This document shows, one piece after another, positions 9,149-18,216 of a stretch of DNA of 32,000 bases. The stretch is from Copranaerobaculum intestinale (GTDB lineage Bacteria; Bacillota_I; Bacilli_A; Erysipelotrichales; Erysipelotrichaceae), in assembly GCF_009831105.1 (NCBI RefSeq), contig NZ_WUUQ01000002.1, positions 300,001-332,000 on the forward strand, in the 5' to 3' direction. The position numbers and the translations under genes are program-made. Numbering within the stretch: position 1 is the first letter of the stretch; each line of letters starts with the position of its first letter. The notes under the pieces were generated by a model. That model worked only from the letters and a program-made list of their open reading frames with translations, searched no databases and was not told the DNA's origin.

Positions 9149-10306
9149 ATGAAAAAAATCGGTCCGGCGGTTTATCTAATGAATTTTTTGGCTTTTTTTG
9201 CGATATCTATGGTGAATACCCAAATGATACCGTATTTGTCTAAGGTGGGATATGGGGTCATGGAGCGTGGGTATATTTTGGCTGCTAATTCCATTGTCGC
9301 GATCGGCGGACAGCTGCTGTTTGGTTATTTGTGTGATCGCTGCCGCAAGATTCGCCGTTTCTTCGGCATTGCCTATGTTTTACTGCTGTTCAGCAGTATC
9401 GCGATGTTTGTCGTGCAGCAAGAGCTTTTCTTTTATCATCTGTTTACGGTAGCGTTAATGGGCGGTATGGTAAAGGTCATCATGGGTCTGGATGAAACAT
9501 GGATGCTGGAGCTTGATCAACAAAACTACGGCAAGCTGAGGGCGGCCGGAGCCATGGGACTTACGATTGGATCTCCGATCGCCGGCTATTTGATACGACA
9601 GTTTTCTTATATGTCATTGGTATACAGCATCATCGGTATATCAATCCTGCTGTTTGTCTGTTTAAAGAAATCTCCGGATGCCAAGCGTGAGGGGGATGAA
9701 CGGGTGAATTTTAAGAGCTTGGGTCTGCTTTTAAAAAATAAAGCATATCTATTATTGGTTACGATCTTTCTGCTGGTCTATATGATCGGTACAGCGGATC
9801 AGTATGTCGTAATCGATAAGATGCTGGCAATCGGGGCAAACAACGCGCAGGTGGGCTTTAAATGGGCATTGCAGTCATTTATGGAAGTACCATTGTTTTT
9901 AGGTGCCGCTTGGATCTTGAAAAAGTTTAAAAACTATACGCTTTTGATCTTTGGTACGGTGATGTATTCTTTGAAATTTGTCTGCTATGGCTTTTCGTTT
10001 CATCCTTGGATGATCATTGCGACGACTACCTTGCAGCTGGTTACACTGCCGATCATCATGCTTACCAGTAAGGTGCTGGTAAATGAGATCACACCTAAAA
10101 AGCTGCAGTCCAGTGCTCAGATGTTCGCGATGGCGATCTTTATCGGGGTCAGCGGATTGATCACGCCGCTCATAACGAGCTTTCTTTGTGATCATATTGG
10201 TTATGACTGGACGCTGTATACGGTTGCGATTTTTGGCATCGTACCGTTTCTGTTGATTCTTTGGTACAAGCACATGGATAAAAGTGATTATCAGCAGTCG
10301 AAATAA
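9149..10306 (+). CDS. MFS transporter (about 12 TM, MFS_1_like / HcaT-like)
   Basis: Hydrophobic throughout, with about 12 predicted helices and a central hydrophilic loop (KKSPDAKREGDERVNFK). GAGGATGTGAAGGT RBS lies before the ATG. Confidence 0.8.
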   Translation: MKKIGPAVYLMNFLAFFAISMVNTQMIPYLSKVGYGVMERGYILAANSIVAIGGQLLFGYLCDRCRKIRRFFGIAYVLLLFSSIAMFVVQQELFFYHLFTVALMGGMVKVIMGLDETWMLELDQQNYGKLRAAGAMGLTIGSPIAGYLIRQFSYMSLVYSIIGISILLFVCLKKSPDAKREGDERVNFKSLGLLLKNKAYLLLVTIFLLVYMIGTADQYVVIDKMLAIGANNAQVGFKWALQSFMEVPLFLGAAWILKKFKNYTLLIFGTVMYSLKFVCYGFSFHPWMIIATTTLQLVTLPIIMLTSKVLVNEITPKKLQSSAQMFAMAIFIGVSGLITPLITSFLCDHIGYDWTLYTVAIFGIVPFLLILWYKHMDKSDYQQSK

Positions 10307-10365
10307 TCGATGTGATTTCATAAGGAAGATGATATAATAGGAACGCTGAGAAGGGGTGGAAATGA

Positions 10366-11145
10366 ATGAAAGCTTCAGAACGCACCTGGCTCATTGATTT
10401 GGATGGTACCATGTATAAGGGAAATCAAAATATTGAAGGAGCCAGAGAATTTATCGCTTTCTTACAAAAGCAAAAGGCAGAGTACCTGTTTGTTACCAAT
10501 AATGCGACCAGAACGTGCCTTCAAAACGCAGAGCATATGCAAAAGCTTGGTTTCACCAACCTTTTTGAACGTGATTTTTTTACCAGTGCGATGGCATCGG
10601 CCAGCTATATTGCCCGTCATTTTGATCAGCGCAGAGCCGCATATCTGGGCGAAGCGGGGATGGAAGAAGCGCTGCTTGCAAATCATTTTCAAATTTGTGA
10701 GGAGCACGCCGATTTTTTATTTGTCGGACTGCAGAAGCAGGCTGATTTTATGGATTACAGCCGTGCTCTGAATATTCTTTTGGGCGGGGCAAAGCTGGTT
10801 GGAACCAATGCTGATCGGCGGCTGCCTGATGGTGATGATTATCTGATCGGTAATGGGGCGGTTGTGGAAATGCTGAGCTATGCCAGCGAACAGCTGCCGA
10901 TTATGATCGGCAAACCCAATGCTTCCATGATGGAAGAGGTCATGCTGTATCTGGGCAAAGCAAAAAGTGAATGTATCGTTTTGGGTGATAATCTTGAGAC
11001 CGATATTGCATTTGGCATGAATAACGAAATGAATACTGTCTTTGTAAGCAGTGGCGTACACACTTTTGAAGACGTGAAAAAATGTCATAGTAAGCCATAT
11101 ATGCAGGTGTCTGATTTATATGAATTAATGGAATTACTGGTATAA
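10366..11145 (+). CDS. HAD-superfamily subfamily IIA hydrolase (NagD/TIGR01457-like sugar phosphatase)
   Basis: Motif I LIDLDGTMY, motif II FVTNNATRT, motif IV LGDNLETDI. AAGGGGTGG RBS. Confidence 0.85.
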   Translation: MKASERTWLIDLDGTMYKGNQNIEGAREFIAFLQKQKAEYLFVTNNATRTCLQNAEHMQKLGFTNLFERDFFTSAMASASYIARHFDQRRAAYLGEAGMEEALLANHFQICEEHADFLFVGLQKQADFMDYSRALNILLGGAKLVGTNADRRLPDGDDYLIGNGAVVEMLSYASEQLPIMIGKPNASMMEEVMLYLGKAKSECIVLGDNLETDIAFGMNNEMNTVFVSSGVHTFEDVKKCHSKPYMQVSDLYELMELLV

Positions 11146-11186
11146 TGAAAAAGCAGATACGATAAACTGAAGTAGGAGTGATGTTT

Positions 11187-11741
11187 ATGGATGTATCTAC
11201 TTTTTTTATCGTATGGCGGGATCTCGGACTGTTTTTGTATGCGGTTTTGAAAGCATTTCTGCCGCTGCCTTCACTGGAGGTTATCCTGGTGCCGCTGTGT
11301 ATTACGAGTCCTGAACGTTGGATCATCTATTCACTGGAGGGAGCAGCCGGGACATTTATCGGTGGGGCAATCGGATATTTTATCGCGTACTGCATGGGAC
11401 GTTCCGCACTAAGCCATATGGCAAGTGAGAAGGATATCGTAAGCGGAGAGCGATTGATGGAGCGCTATGGCATGCTGGCGGTATTCATCGGCGGCGTTAC
11501 GCCGATTCCGGATTTTCTGCTTGCGTATTTAGCCGGCTTTACTCATATGTCCTTCTTAAAATTCACCTGTACCGATGCGATCGCAAGGCTTATGCGATCC
11601 CTGCTGGTAACAGGCGTATTAAAAGAGCTTGGTACGGTCATGAATGTAGATCGTTATGGAACAATTTTTTCATTTGGCATCATGGCCATTTTATTGCTTC
11701 GATGGCTGTTTGATAAAGTAAAAAGCCGCTCAGCGAGCTGA
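11187..11741 (+). CDS. DedA/YqaA-family (SNARE-associated) membrane protein
   Basis: Typical N-terminal KAFLPLPSLEVILVPL segment plus 4-5 hydrophobic helices. AGGAG RBS sits 8 nt before ATG 11187. Confidence 0.7.
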   Translation: MDVSTFFIVWRDLGLFLYAVLKAFLPLPSLEVILVPLCITSPERWIIYSLEGAAGTFIGGAIGYFIAYCMGRSALSHMASEKDIVSGERLMERYGMLAVFIGGVTPIPDFLLAYLAGFTHMSFLKFTCTDAIARLMRSLLVTGVLKELGTVMNVDRYGTIFSFGIMAILLLRWLFDKVKSRSAS

Positions 11742-12401
11742 ACAGCTTTTGATAAAAGCGGGAATTATCCGATCGGATTTACCCATTCGTTCGGGATGCC
11801 ACTGCACTGCCCAGACTGGTAAAGAATCGTGCTGGAACGCTTCAATCGTACCATCGGGATGCGTTGCGGCAATTTGCAGATGATCGGCGAGCTTGGCAAT
11901 GCGTTGATGGTGATAGCTGTTAATGAAGATCGGTTCTTCATACAGATTGCTCATAAAGGTATGATCGTGAAGTTTTAAAGCATGCATCGGCTGAGTTCCA
12001 TCACTTTGCGCGTGTTCTTCTTTATTAAAATGCTGCTGCAGCGTACCGCCGAAATAGACGTTCAATACCTGAAGACCGCGGCATATACCCAAAATCGGAT
12101 TGCCGGCTTTCAAAAAGGCTGAGATCAGCGCATAATCCAGCGCATCAATCGGCCGCTCATAGATATGTGCAAGCGGATGTAACGGCTCTTGAAAATAAGC
12201 GCTGTCCATATCATTGCCGCCTGGTACTAATAAAGCATCGCACTGCTTGGCAAACCAATCACTCTGATCATAGCTCATCGCCATGATGAGGCTTGCACCT
12301 GCCTGCTGGAAGGCATCCGTGTAAAAAGCATTACAGAAATACTTCTCCATGCCATCCAGAATCTCACAGCGGGCAGCTACTGCTATCTTTAACATAAACA
12401 T
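11730..12401 (-). CDS. Class I glutamine amidotransferase, peptidase C26 (gamma-glutamyl-GABA hydrolase PuuD-like)
   Basis: Nucleophile elbow GICRGLQVLNV and the C-terminal VQWHPE motif. Confidence 0.85.
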   Translation of the reverse strand: MFMLKIAVAARCEILDGMEKYFCNAFYTDAFQQAGASLIMAMSYDQSDWFAKQCDALLVPGGNDMDSAYFQEPLHPLAHIYERPIDALDYALISAFLKAGNPILGICRGLQVLNVYFGGTLQQHFNKEEHAQSDGTQPMHALKLHDHTFMSNLYEEPIFINSYHHQRIAKLADHLQIAATHPDGTIEAFQHDSLPVWAVQWHPERMGKSDRIIPAFIKSCSAR

Positions 12402-12536
12402 CCAACCTTTCCCAATATACTATGTTAAATCAAGGAAACTTCTCCTGTATCATAGCGTAAAATTTACACAATGAAAAGAGATGTTTTAAAATGTTCGTTT
12501 TATACCCGAGAAGGTATAATTAATCGTAGTATTTTA

Positions 12537-12565
12537 TTGACAAGGTTTTGAAAAACCAGTATGAT
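12537..12565 (+). promoter_or_regulatory. Near-consensus sigma-A promoter driving the candidate sRNA
   Basis: TTGACA (12537-12542), 17-nt spacer, TATGAT (12560-12565). Confidence 0.6.
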
Positions 12566-12571
12566 TATTGC

Positions 12572-12716
12572 AGGTAGAGATACCTCGTGGAAGTATTTCG
12601 CTAGTCTATCTTTTCTTCCCCCACCCATATGGATAGATTAGTATCTCCCCCAAAAATTATGATATACTTCCACGCAATCAACGAAAAAAAGACGTCTTAA
12701 GGGATGTCTTTTTTTA
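12572..12716 (+). ncRNA. Candidate trans-acting small RNA (about 145 nt) with two exposed C-rich tracts. Family not recognised.
   Basis: It has its own promoter (previous feature). Helix A pairs 12586-12596 CGTGGAAGTAT with 12664-12674 ATACTTCCACG (11 bp, perfect). Helix B pairs 12600-12610 with 12632-12642. The apical loop contains CUUCCCCCACCC, and the 21-nt 3' internal loop contains UCUCCCCCAAAA. The intrinsic terminator has stem AAGACGTC/GATGTCTT (12689-12710) followed by a T-run to 12715. No ORF with an RBS lies inside. Confidence 0.55.
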
Positions 12717-12737
12717 TCTGTGCTTCGCTTTGCTTTA

Positions 12738-12746
12738 TGCTATAAT
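12738..12746 (+). promoter_or_regulatory. Extended -10 promoter element for alaX
   Basis: TGCTATAAT lies about 30 nt upstream of the alaX start, downstream of the sRNA terminator. Confidence 0.45.
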
Positions 12747-12777
12747 GTAAATTATAGATAAAAGCAAGGGAGTGGTG

Positions 12778-13962
12778 ATGATGTTTAATCCATATTATGA
12801 TGACTGGATGAAATTAGAGCTAGACACAGCGGTGCTGGAGGTTAGGGAAGCAGCGGGGAAATACTGGCATGCTTTTGAGGAAACCGTCTTTTATCCGGAA
12901 GGTGGCGGCATGGATCGGGATACGGGTACGATCAATGAACATGAAGTGCTGGATTTAAAGACGGAAGATGACAAGGTATGGCATCTGCTGGATGAGAAAA
13001 TACAGGGTCGTGTCCATATGCGTGTGGATAAGGATCAACGGGTGATGAAATGTCAGGTACACAGTGCATCACATTTGATGTGCGGAATTATGAACAAGGT
13101 TTATCATGCGGATACGATCAGTTTTTATATGAATGAACATGACAGCGGAGCTGAAATGGGTTTTGAAACGTTTAATGATGAAATCATGAAGGAGCTGGAA
13201 CGGCTATGCAATGATTACATTTTACAGGATCTGCCAATTGAGATTATTTATCCGACACCAGAGGAAGCACAGCAGCATGTGCTCGACGAAAAATTAAATC
13301 ATGAAGATCTGCGTGCAGTGATCATCGGAGATATTGACTATAATATGTGCGGCTGCATTCATGTGCCGAGCCTTCGCTACCTGCAATCGTTTAAATTTTT
13401 AAACTATGAAAAAACGACTCGCGGTTACAAAATCAACTTCGTCTGCGGAGAGCAGCTGTTACAAACCTATGGCAAACAGATCAAGGTGCTCGCGGACAGC
13501 GCTAAGAGCTTAGGCGTGCCGCAGTTGAATCTGAAAGCGGGTATAGACAAGCTTCAAAGTGAATTGAAAGCATCGAAAAATGAAGCGAATAGCTGGAAGC
13601 AGCAGGTAATCGAGCTGAAAGCAAAAATCATGCATGAAGAAGCAGAAGCACCGTGTCTGTTTCATGAATTCGACGATATGGATATTAAAACCTTTCAGGG
13701 CTTCTGTTCTTATTTTGTGCGGAATTATGAGCATGGTATCTTCTTTCTATGCAAGGTCGAGGATCGCTGTCATGTGATGATATCTCACAGTAAATCTTTT
13801 GCCTATCCGTGCGGAGAACTGTTTAAAAAATTATCGGCTGAATACGGACTGCGCGGCGGCGGAAATCCATCCATGGCGCAGGGCGGCGGGGAGTACAGCG
13901 AAGCGCTGGTCAACGCCTTGAAGGCTCTTTGCGATGAACAAAATCAGAGTGCCGCATCATGA
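12778..13962 (+). CDS. alaX: Alanyl-tRNA editing protein AlaX-L (AlaRS editing domain plus DHHA1-like C-terminal domain)
   Basis: Zinc and editing motifs HSASHLMCG (HxxxH) and CGCIH (CxxxH). C-terminal GGGNPSMAQGGG motif as in the AlaRS C-Ala/DHHA1 domain. No aminoacylation domain. GGGAG RBS, and the start could be ATG 12778 or 12781. Confidence 0.85.
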   Translation: MMFNPYYDDWMKLELDTAVLEVREAAGKYWHAFEETVFYPEGGGMDRDTGTINEHEVLDLKTEDDKVWHLLDEKIQGRVHMRVDKDQRVMKCQVHSASHLMCGIMNKVYHADTISFYMNEHDSGAEMGFETFNDEIMKELERLCNDYILQDLPIEIIYPTPEEAQQHVLDEKLNHEDLRAVIIGDIDYNMCGCIHVPSLRYLQSFKFLNYEKTTRGYKINFVCGEQLLQTYGKQIKVLADSAKSLGVPQLNLKAGIDKLQSELKASKNEANSWKQQVIELKAKIMHEEAEAPCLFHEFDDMDIKTFQGFCSYFVRNYEHGIFFLCKVEDRCHVMISHSKSFAYPCGELFKKLSAEYGLRGGGNPSMAQGGGEYSEALVNALKALCDEQNQSAAS

Positions 13963-14465
13963 ATGTAACGATTCGGCCGCTGGTTATGAGCGATTTGCCG
14001 GATATGGTGAAAGCCGCAAATGATCAGGGCGTATCTGCTTTTTTGCGAGATCGCTTCCCGTATCCGTATACTGAGGAAGCCGGCCGCAGCTATTTGGAAT
14101 TTTGTGAGAATGCCGATCCTTCGCAGACACTGCAGTATGCAATTCTTGTCAATGGAAAATTTGCCGGCACAATCGGCGTTGAAAAAGCGTGTGATGTATA
14201 TCGCTTGAACGGTGAGCTTGGCTACTGGCTTTGTCGATCCTATTGGGGGCAAGGGATCGCTACCAAGGCTGTTTCGCTTATGGTGAAGGAAGCTTTTGCC
14301 AAGCTGGACATCAACCGTATTCATGCAGAGGTATTTGAACCCAACAAGGCATCTCAGCGGGTTTTGGAAAAAAACGGCTTTGTAAAAGAAGGTCATTTTC
14401 ATAACAGTGTTATTAAATACGGGCAAATCATTGATTCCGTTATTTATGCAAAATTACTGAAATGA
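13959..14465 (+). CDS. GNAT N-acetyltransferase, RimJ/RimL-like (Acetyltransf_3)
   Basis: IRPL...D start and the acetyl-CoA motif WGQGIATKAV. The ATGA start/stop overlap with alaX indicates translational coupling. Confidence 0.85.
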   Translation: MNVTIRPLVMSDLPDMVKAANDQGVSAFLRDRFPYPYTEEAGRSYLEFCENADPSQTLQYAILVNGKFAGTIGVEKACDVYRLNGELGYWLCRSYWGQGIATKAVSLMVKEAFAKLDINRIHAEVFEPNKASQRVLEKNGFVKEGHFHNSVIKYGQIIDSVIYAKLLK

Positions 14466-14546
14466 TATTATTTACTGAATGATAGAGAATAGCGATCATT
14501 ATGCGGAAGTTATACGATAATAGATTTTTATGCATAATCTCAAATG

Positions 14547-14590
14547 AAAAGTACATCCTTCAATTTTGAGTTGAGATGTACTTTTTTTAT
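14547..14590. terminator. Bidirectional intrinsic terminator between the convergent GNAT and radical SAM genes
   Basis: AAAAGTACATC (14547-14557) pairs with GATGTACTTTT (14575-14585). A T-run follows on the + strand and an A-run precedes it. Confidence 0.8.
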
Positions 14591-15528
14591 TTTTGTAAAT
14601 ATTTACCCTGCCAGCTATTCCGCCGTGCAAGCTCTTGATCAATGCCGTTCAGCACTTTCTTTTTATCAGTTGTCCATACCGGAGCGATGAGATCACATGC
14701 ACGTCCGTCACCGGTTAACCGCTGGATAACGATTGATGAAGGTATGCGTTCCAGCTGATCGACAACTAGAGAGATATAGGCATTTCGAGACATGATCGGA
14801 AAAGGAGTTTGTTCATAAAGCTCTGCGAGCCGTGTGTTTTTCAGGATATGAAGCATGTGAAGCTTTAAGCCATGGATCGGAAGTTTTCCCACCCGTACTG
14901 CATTATTCAGCATTTGCTCATAGGTTTCACCGGGAAGTCCGTTAATGAGATGAACAACCACTTTTAAATCGGTATCCTTCAGCTTATTGATAATATTCAA
15001 AAAGGTTTGATAGGAATGCCCGCGGTTCATCAAATTTGCTGTTTCATCATAGGTGCTTTGCAAACCGAGTTCAATCCAAACCGGCTTATGTTCACAAAGG
15101 GACTGCAGATATGTAATTTTCGCATCGTCGAGTGCGTCTGCTCTTGTGCCGATTGATATGCCGGCACAGTCGTCCAGCTTCAAAAACGGCTCAAAGCATT
15201 CTTTCAGTTTGGCGATGCTGCCATGGGTGTTGGTGAAATTTTGAAAGTAAGCGATGCCTCGGCATTTCGGCCATTTTGCCTGATACTGCTGTTTTCCGGC
15301 CTCATACTGCGCAATTAGATCAAGTGTACGTGACTGGGTGAATTCTCCGCTTCCTTGTTCACTGCAGAAAATACAGCCGCCGACACCGCAGGTACCATCC
15401 CGATTGGGACAGCTGAAACCGCCGTCCAGTGCAATTTTAATCAATTTCTCGTGAAACTGGGTTCGCAGGTAATAATTCCAGGTATAATAGCGCTTATTAT
15501 CGGATGAAAAAGGAAATGGATTTATCAT
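14587..15528 (-). CDS. TIGR01212-family radical SAM protein (YtqA/YhcC-like)
   Basis: Cys cluster CPNRDGTCGVGGCIFCS. AGGAGGAACAAC-ATG defines the start at 15528 (MINPFPF). The track start at 15576 has no RBS. Confidence 0.88.
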   Translation of the reverse strand: MINPFPFSSDNKRYYTWNYYLRTQFHEKLIKIALDGGFSCPNRDGTCGVGGCIFCSEQGSGEFTQSRTLDLIAQYEAGKQQYQAKWPKCRGIAYFQNFTNTHGSIAKLKECFEPFLKLDDCAGISIGTRADALDDAKITYLQSLCEHKPVWIELGLQSTYDETANLMNRGHSYQTFLNIINKLKDTDLKVVVHLINGLPGETYEQMLNNAVRVGKLPIHGLKLHMLHILKNTRLAELYEQTPFPIMSRNAYISLVVDQLERIPSSIVIQRLTGDGRACDLIAPVWTTDKKKVLNGIDQELARRNSWQGKYLQK

Positions 15529-15722
15529 GTTGTTCCTCCTGCTCGTTATTGTATCATAAGGACATATGAAAATCATGGAAGTTCTTATAATTTATCTTTT
15601 CAAACAGCACCCTTTGGGATATAATATGTAATACGCAATACATCTAATCATAATCGTGATGTAATAAATTTTCATCAATTTATAATTGGTAATTATTGGA
15701 ATGTGCAGGGGTGAGTATCGAA

Positions 15723-16406
15723 ATGATCAAGGAAAGAGAAAAAATTCAATGTGCTACCTGCCCGGTGCAGTATGTCCTGGTTTATAAACAGGTTAAAAAC
15801 ATCAATATGCGGATAAATGATCACGGGGATGTCGTGGTTTCTGCTAATCCGATCGTATCTAAAAAGCGTATTGATGATTTTGTTGCGAGTAAATATCTTT
15901 GGATTCAGGAACACCGTGATAAAGTGCAGCACCGCAATGCAGTATGCCAAGAGGATGCTTCTTTGTTTATGCTGTTCGGCCGTGAGTTGAAAATCAAACA
16001 TTTATGCGGCAGTATGAATCGGGTGTGGTATGATGATAATAACCTATATGTACAGACGAAAAAGGGTCAGAATTACCAAAAGGTGCTTGATGCTTTTATC
16101 GATCAGCAGTGTCATGATGTGTTTGAGGACATTGCACACATTACGCGGCGGATTTTGAAGGAGTATGATCTTCCCAACGCAGATATCAAAGTGCGGCGCA
16201 TGAGCCGCCGCTGGGGAAGCTGTATACCTGCGAAACAGCAGATTACACTAAGCCGCAGACTGATTCATTATCCGATAGAATTCATTGAATATGTAGTGAT
16301 GCATGAATTTGTGCACTTCATCCAGCCAAACCATTCCAAAGCCTTTTACGCAATTATCGAATCGCATATGAAGGATTATAAGCAGCGTATTGAACTCGCT
16401 GCCTGA
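15723..16406 (+). CDS. DUF45/YgjP-like M48-family zinc metallopeptidase
   Basis: RWGSC motif followed by HEFVH (HExxH). The start is taken at ATG 15723 after GGGGTGAG. The track start at 15696 is a TTG codon. Confidence 0.8.
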   Translation: MIKEREKIQCATCPVQYVLVYKQVKNINMRINDHGDVVVSANPIVSKKRIDDFVASKYLWIQEHRDKVQHRNAVCQEDASLFMLFGRELKIKHLCGSMNRVWYDDNNLYVQTKKGQNYQKVLDAFIDQQCHDVFEDIAHITRRILKEYDLPNADIKVRRMSRRWGSCIPAKQQITLSRRLIHYPIEFIEYVVMHEFVHFIQPNHSKAFYAIIESHMKDYKQRIELAA

Positions 16407-16425
16407 TCATAAGAAGGAGACTGCC

Positions 16426-17256
16426 ATGAAACTGATTACTGATACTTCGGCTTTATACACGATTCAGCAGGGGGAAGCAAGGGGGTTCACAGTAATACCG
16501 CTCTGTGTGAGCATTCATGACCAGCATTATCGAGACTTGTGTTTTGATAGTGCTGTTTTTTATGAAGAAATCAAAGCCGGCTACATTCCGACTTCTTCTC
16601 AGCCGCCGATCGGAGAAGTTATTGAAATCTATGAACGCTATCCAAATGAAGAAATTTTACATATTTGTATGGCTGACGGTCTTTCCGGTACCTATCAGAG
16701 CGCTTTAACCGCAAGAGAGAGCATATCCGACAAGGAACGCGTAACTGTGCTGAATTCACAAACGCTGTGCGGTCCTCATCGTTATTTGGTGGAAAAGGCT
16801 CATCGGCTGATGCTGGAGGGCAAAGTGATGAAGGAAATCGTTGCTTCACTGCAAGAAAGCATTTCCAAAACAAATTCCTTTTTGATTCCGCAGGATTTTG
16901 GTTTCTTGAAGCGGGGAGGACGGCTGAAGCCCGCTGCCGCTACGCTGGGCGGATTGCTGAAATTAAAACCGGTGATGATGGCGGTGGACAACGGCACACG
17001 GCTGGATAAGTTTACGATCAGCCGGACACTTACGCAGGCAGTCGCAGCAGTGCTTGATTTTTTTCAGAAGCAGGGAGTAAATGGGGATTATCATATTTAC
17101 GTTGCCCATAGCCGGGCTGAGAAAGCAGCCTTGAAGATTATGGATGCCCTGCAGGCAATATTCCCTGATGCTGTATATGAAATGCTGGAGCTGTCTCCTG
17201 CTTTTATCACCCAGGGCGGACCTGATTGTATAGCTATCCAGTACATTCATAAGTAA
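16426..17256 (+). CDS. DegV-family fatty-acid-binding protein
   Basis: MKLITDTSA start, TSQP motif (IPTSSQPPIGE), GLSGTYQSA motif. AAGGAG RBS before ATG 16426. Confidence 0.9.
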   Translation: MKLITDTSALYTIQQGEARGFTVIPLCVSIHDQHYRDLCFDSAVFYEEIKAGYIPTSSQPPIGEVIEIYERYPNEEILHICMADGLSGTYQSALTARESISDKERVTVLNSQTLCGPHRYLVEKAHRLMLEGKVMKEIVASLQESISKTNSFLIPQDFGFLKRGGRLKPAAATLGGLLKLKPVMMAVDNGTRLDKFTISRTLTQAVAAVLDFFQKQGVNGDYHIYVAHSRAEKAALKIMDALQAIFPDAVYEMLELSPAFITQGGPDCIAIQYIHK

Positions 17257-17262
17257 AAGTTT

Positions 17263-17290
17263 AAAAGGCAGATACGTCTGCTTTTTTTTC
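17263..17290 (+). terminator. Intrinsic terminator after the DegV gene
   Basis: AAAAGGCAGA-TACG-TCTGCTTTT stem-loop followed by a T-run. Confidence 0.8.
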
Positions 17291-17313
17291 TTGCTTTATT
17301 TACTTGGCTCACA

Positions 17314-17342
17314 TTGCGTCAAGTCATGAAAGAGCGTAAAAT
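17314..17342 (+). promoter_or_regulatory. Candidate sigma-A promoter for the nfnAB-like operon
   Basis: TTGCGT (17314-17319), 17-nt spacer, TAAAAT (17337-17342). Confidence 0.45.
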
Positions 17343-17378
17343 AAACATATGATAGTACAAAATGGAAAGGAGAATATG

Positions 17379-18215
17379 ATGTATCTTATAACCAAGAAAG
17401 AAGTGCTGAATCCAACCGTTACCAAAATGGTTGTGCAGGCACCGTTTATTGCCAAAAAGGCACAGCCCGGACAGTTTATCATTTTACGGGTACAGGAACA
17501 GGGGGAACGAATTCCGCTGACCATTGCGGATTATGACCGTGAGGAAGGAACGATTACGATCATTTTTCAGATCGTAGGACGTACCACCAAGCTCTTGAAT
17601 ATGTTGAATGAGGGTGACAGTATCTTGGATTTTGTCGGACCGCTGGGAAAACCGACTGATATCAAAAATAAGAAGCATGTCTGTGTTGTCGGCGGGGGTG
17701 TCGGCTGTGCGATCGCTTATCCGGTTGCCAAGGGACTTCATGAACAGGGGGCAAAGGTTACAGCGATTGCCGGTTTCCGTTCTCAGGACCTTGTGATATT
17801 AGAAAAGGAATTTCAGCAGGTCAGTGATTTTCATTTGATCAGTGACGATGGTTCGACCGGACGCAAAGGGCTGGTTACCGATGTGTTGAAAGAATTGATT
17901 GAAGCAGGTGAGAAATTTGATGAGGTCATTGCGATCGGACCGTTGATCATGATGAAATTTGTCTGTATGCTTACAAAAGAATACAATATTAAGACCATGG
18001 TATCCATGAATCCGATTATGATTGACGGTACCGGCATGTGCGGCGGATGCCGCCTGAAAGTGGGCGATGAGACAAAGTTTGCCTGTGTTGACGGACCGGA
18101 TTTTGACGGTCATCTGGTTGATTTTGATGAAGCGATATCACGATCTCGCACATATGCGGATTTTGAAGCGCAGGAGCGGGAACGCGAGTGTCATTTACTG
18201 AAGGAGGGTGCTTAA
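17379..18215 (+). CDS. nfnA: Ferredoxin-NADP+ reductase / sulfide dehydrogenase-like small subunit (NfnA/PyrK-like, FAD plus 2Fe-2S)
   Basis: PyrK-like FAD/NAD-binding fold (RIPLTIADYD, VGGGVGCAIAYPVA). C-terminal Cys cluster CGGCRLKVGDETKFACVDGP. Immediately upstream of the GltD-like subunit. Confidence 0.8.
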   Translation: MYLITKKEVLNPTVTKMVVQAPFIAKKAQPGQFIILRVQEQGERIPLTIADYDREEGTITIIFQIVGRTTKLLNMLNEGDSILDFVGPLGKPTDIKNKKHVCVVGGGVGCAIAYPVAKGLHEQGAKVTAIAGFRSQDLVILEKEFQQVSDFHLISDDGSTGRKGLVTDVLKELIEAGEKFDEVIAIGPLIMMKFVCMLTKEYNIKTMVSMNPIMIDGTGMCGGCRLKVGDETKFACVDGPDFDGHLVDFDEAISRSRTYADFEAQERERECHLLKEGA

Positions 18216-18216
18216 C

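Noticed and set aside
12501-12520. Hairpin TATACC-CGAGAA-GGTATA with an embedded TATAAT, considered as a second promoter or terminator in the 12.4-12.77 kb gap.
   Set aside because: The stem is only 6 bp, there is no U-tract on either strand, and there is no -35 at the proper spacing. Most likely it is incidental or part of the divergent amidotransferase promoter region.
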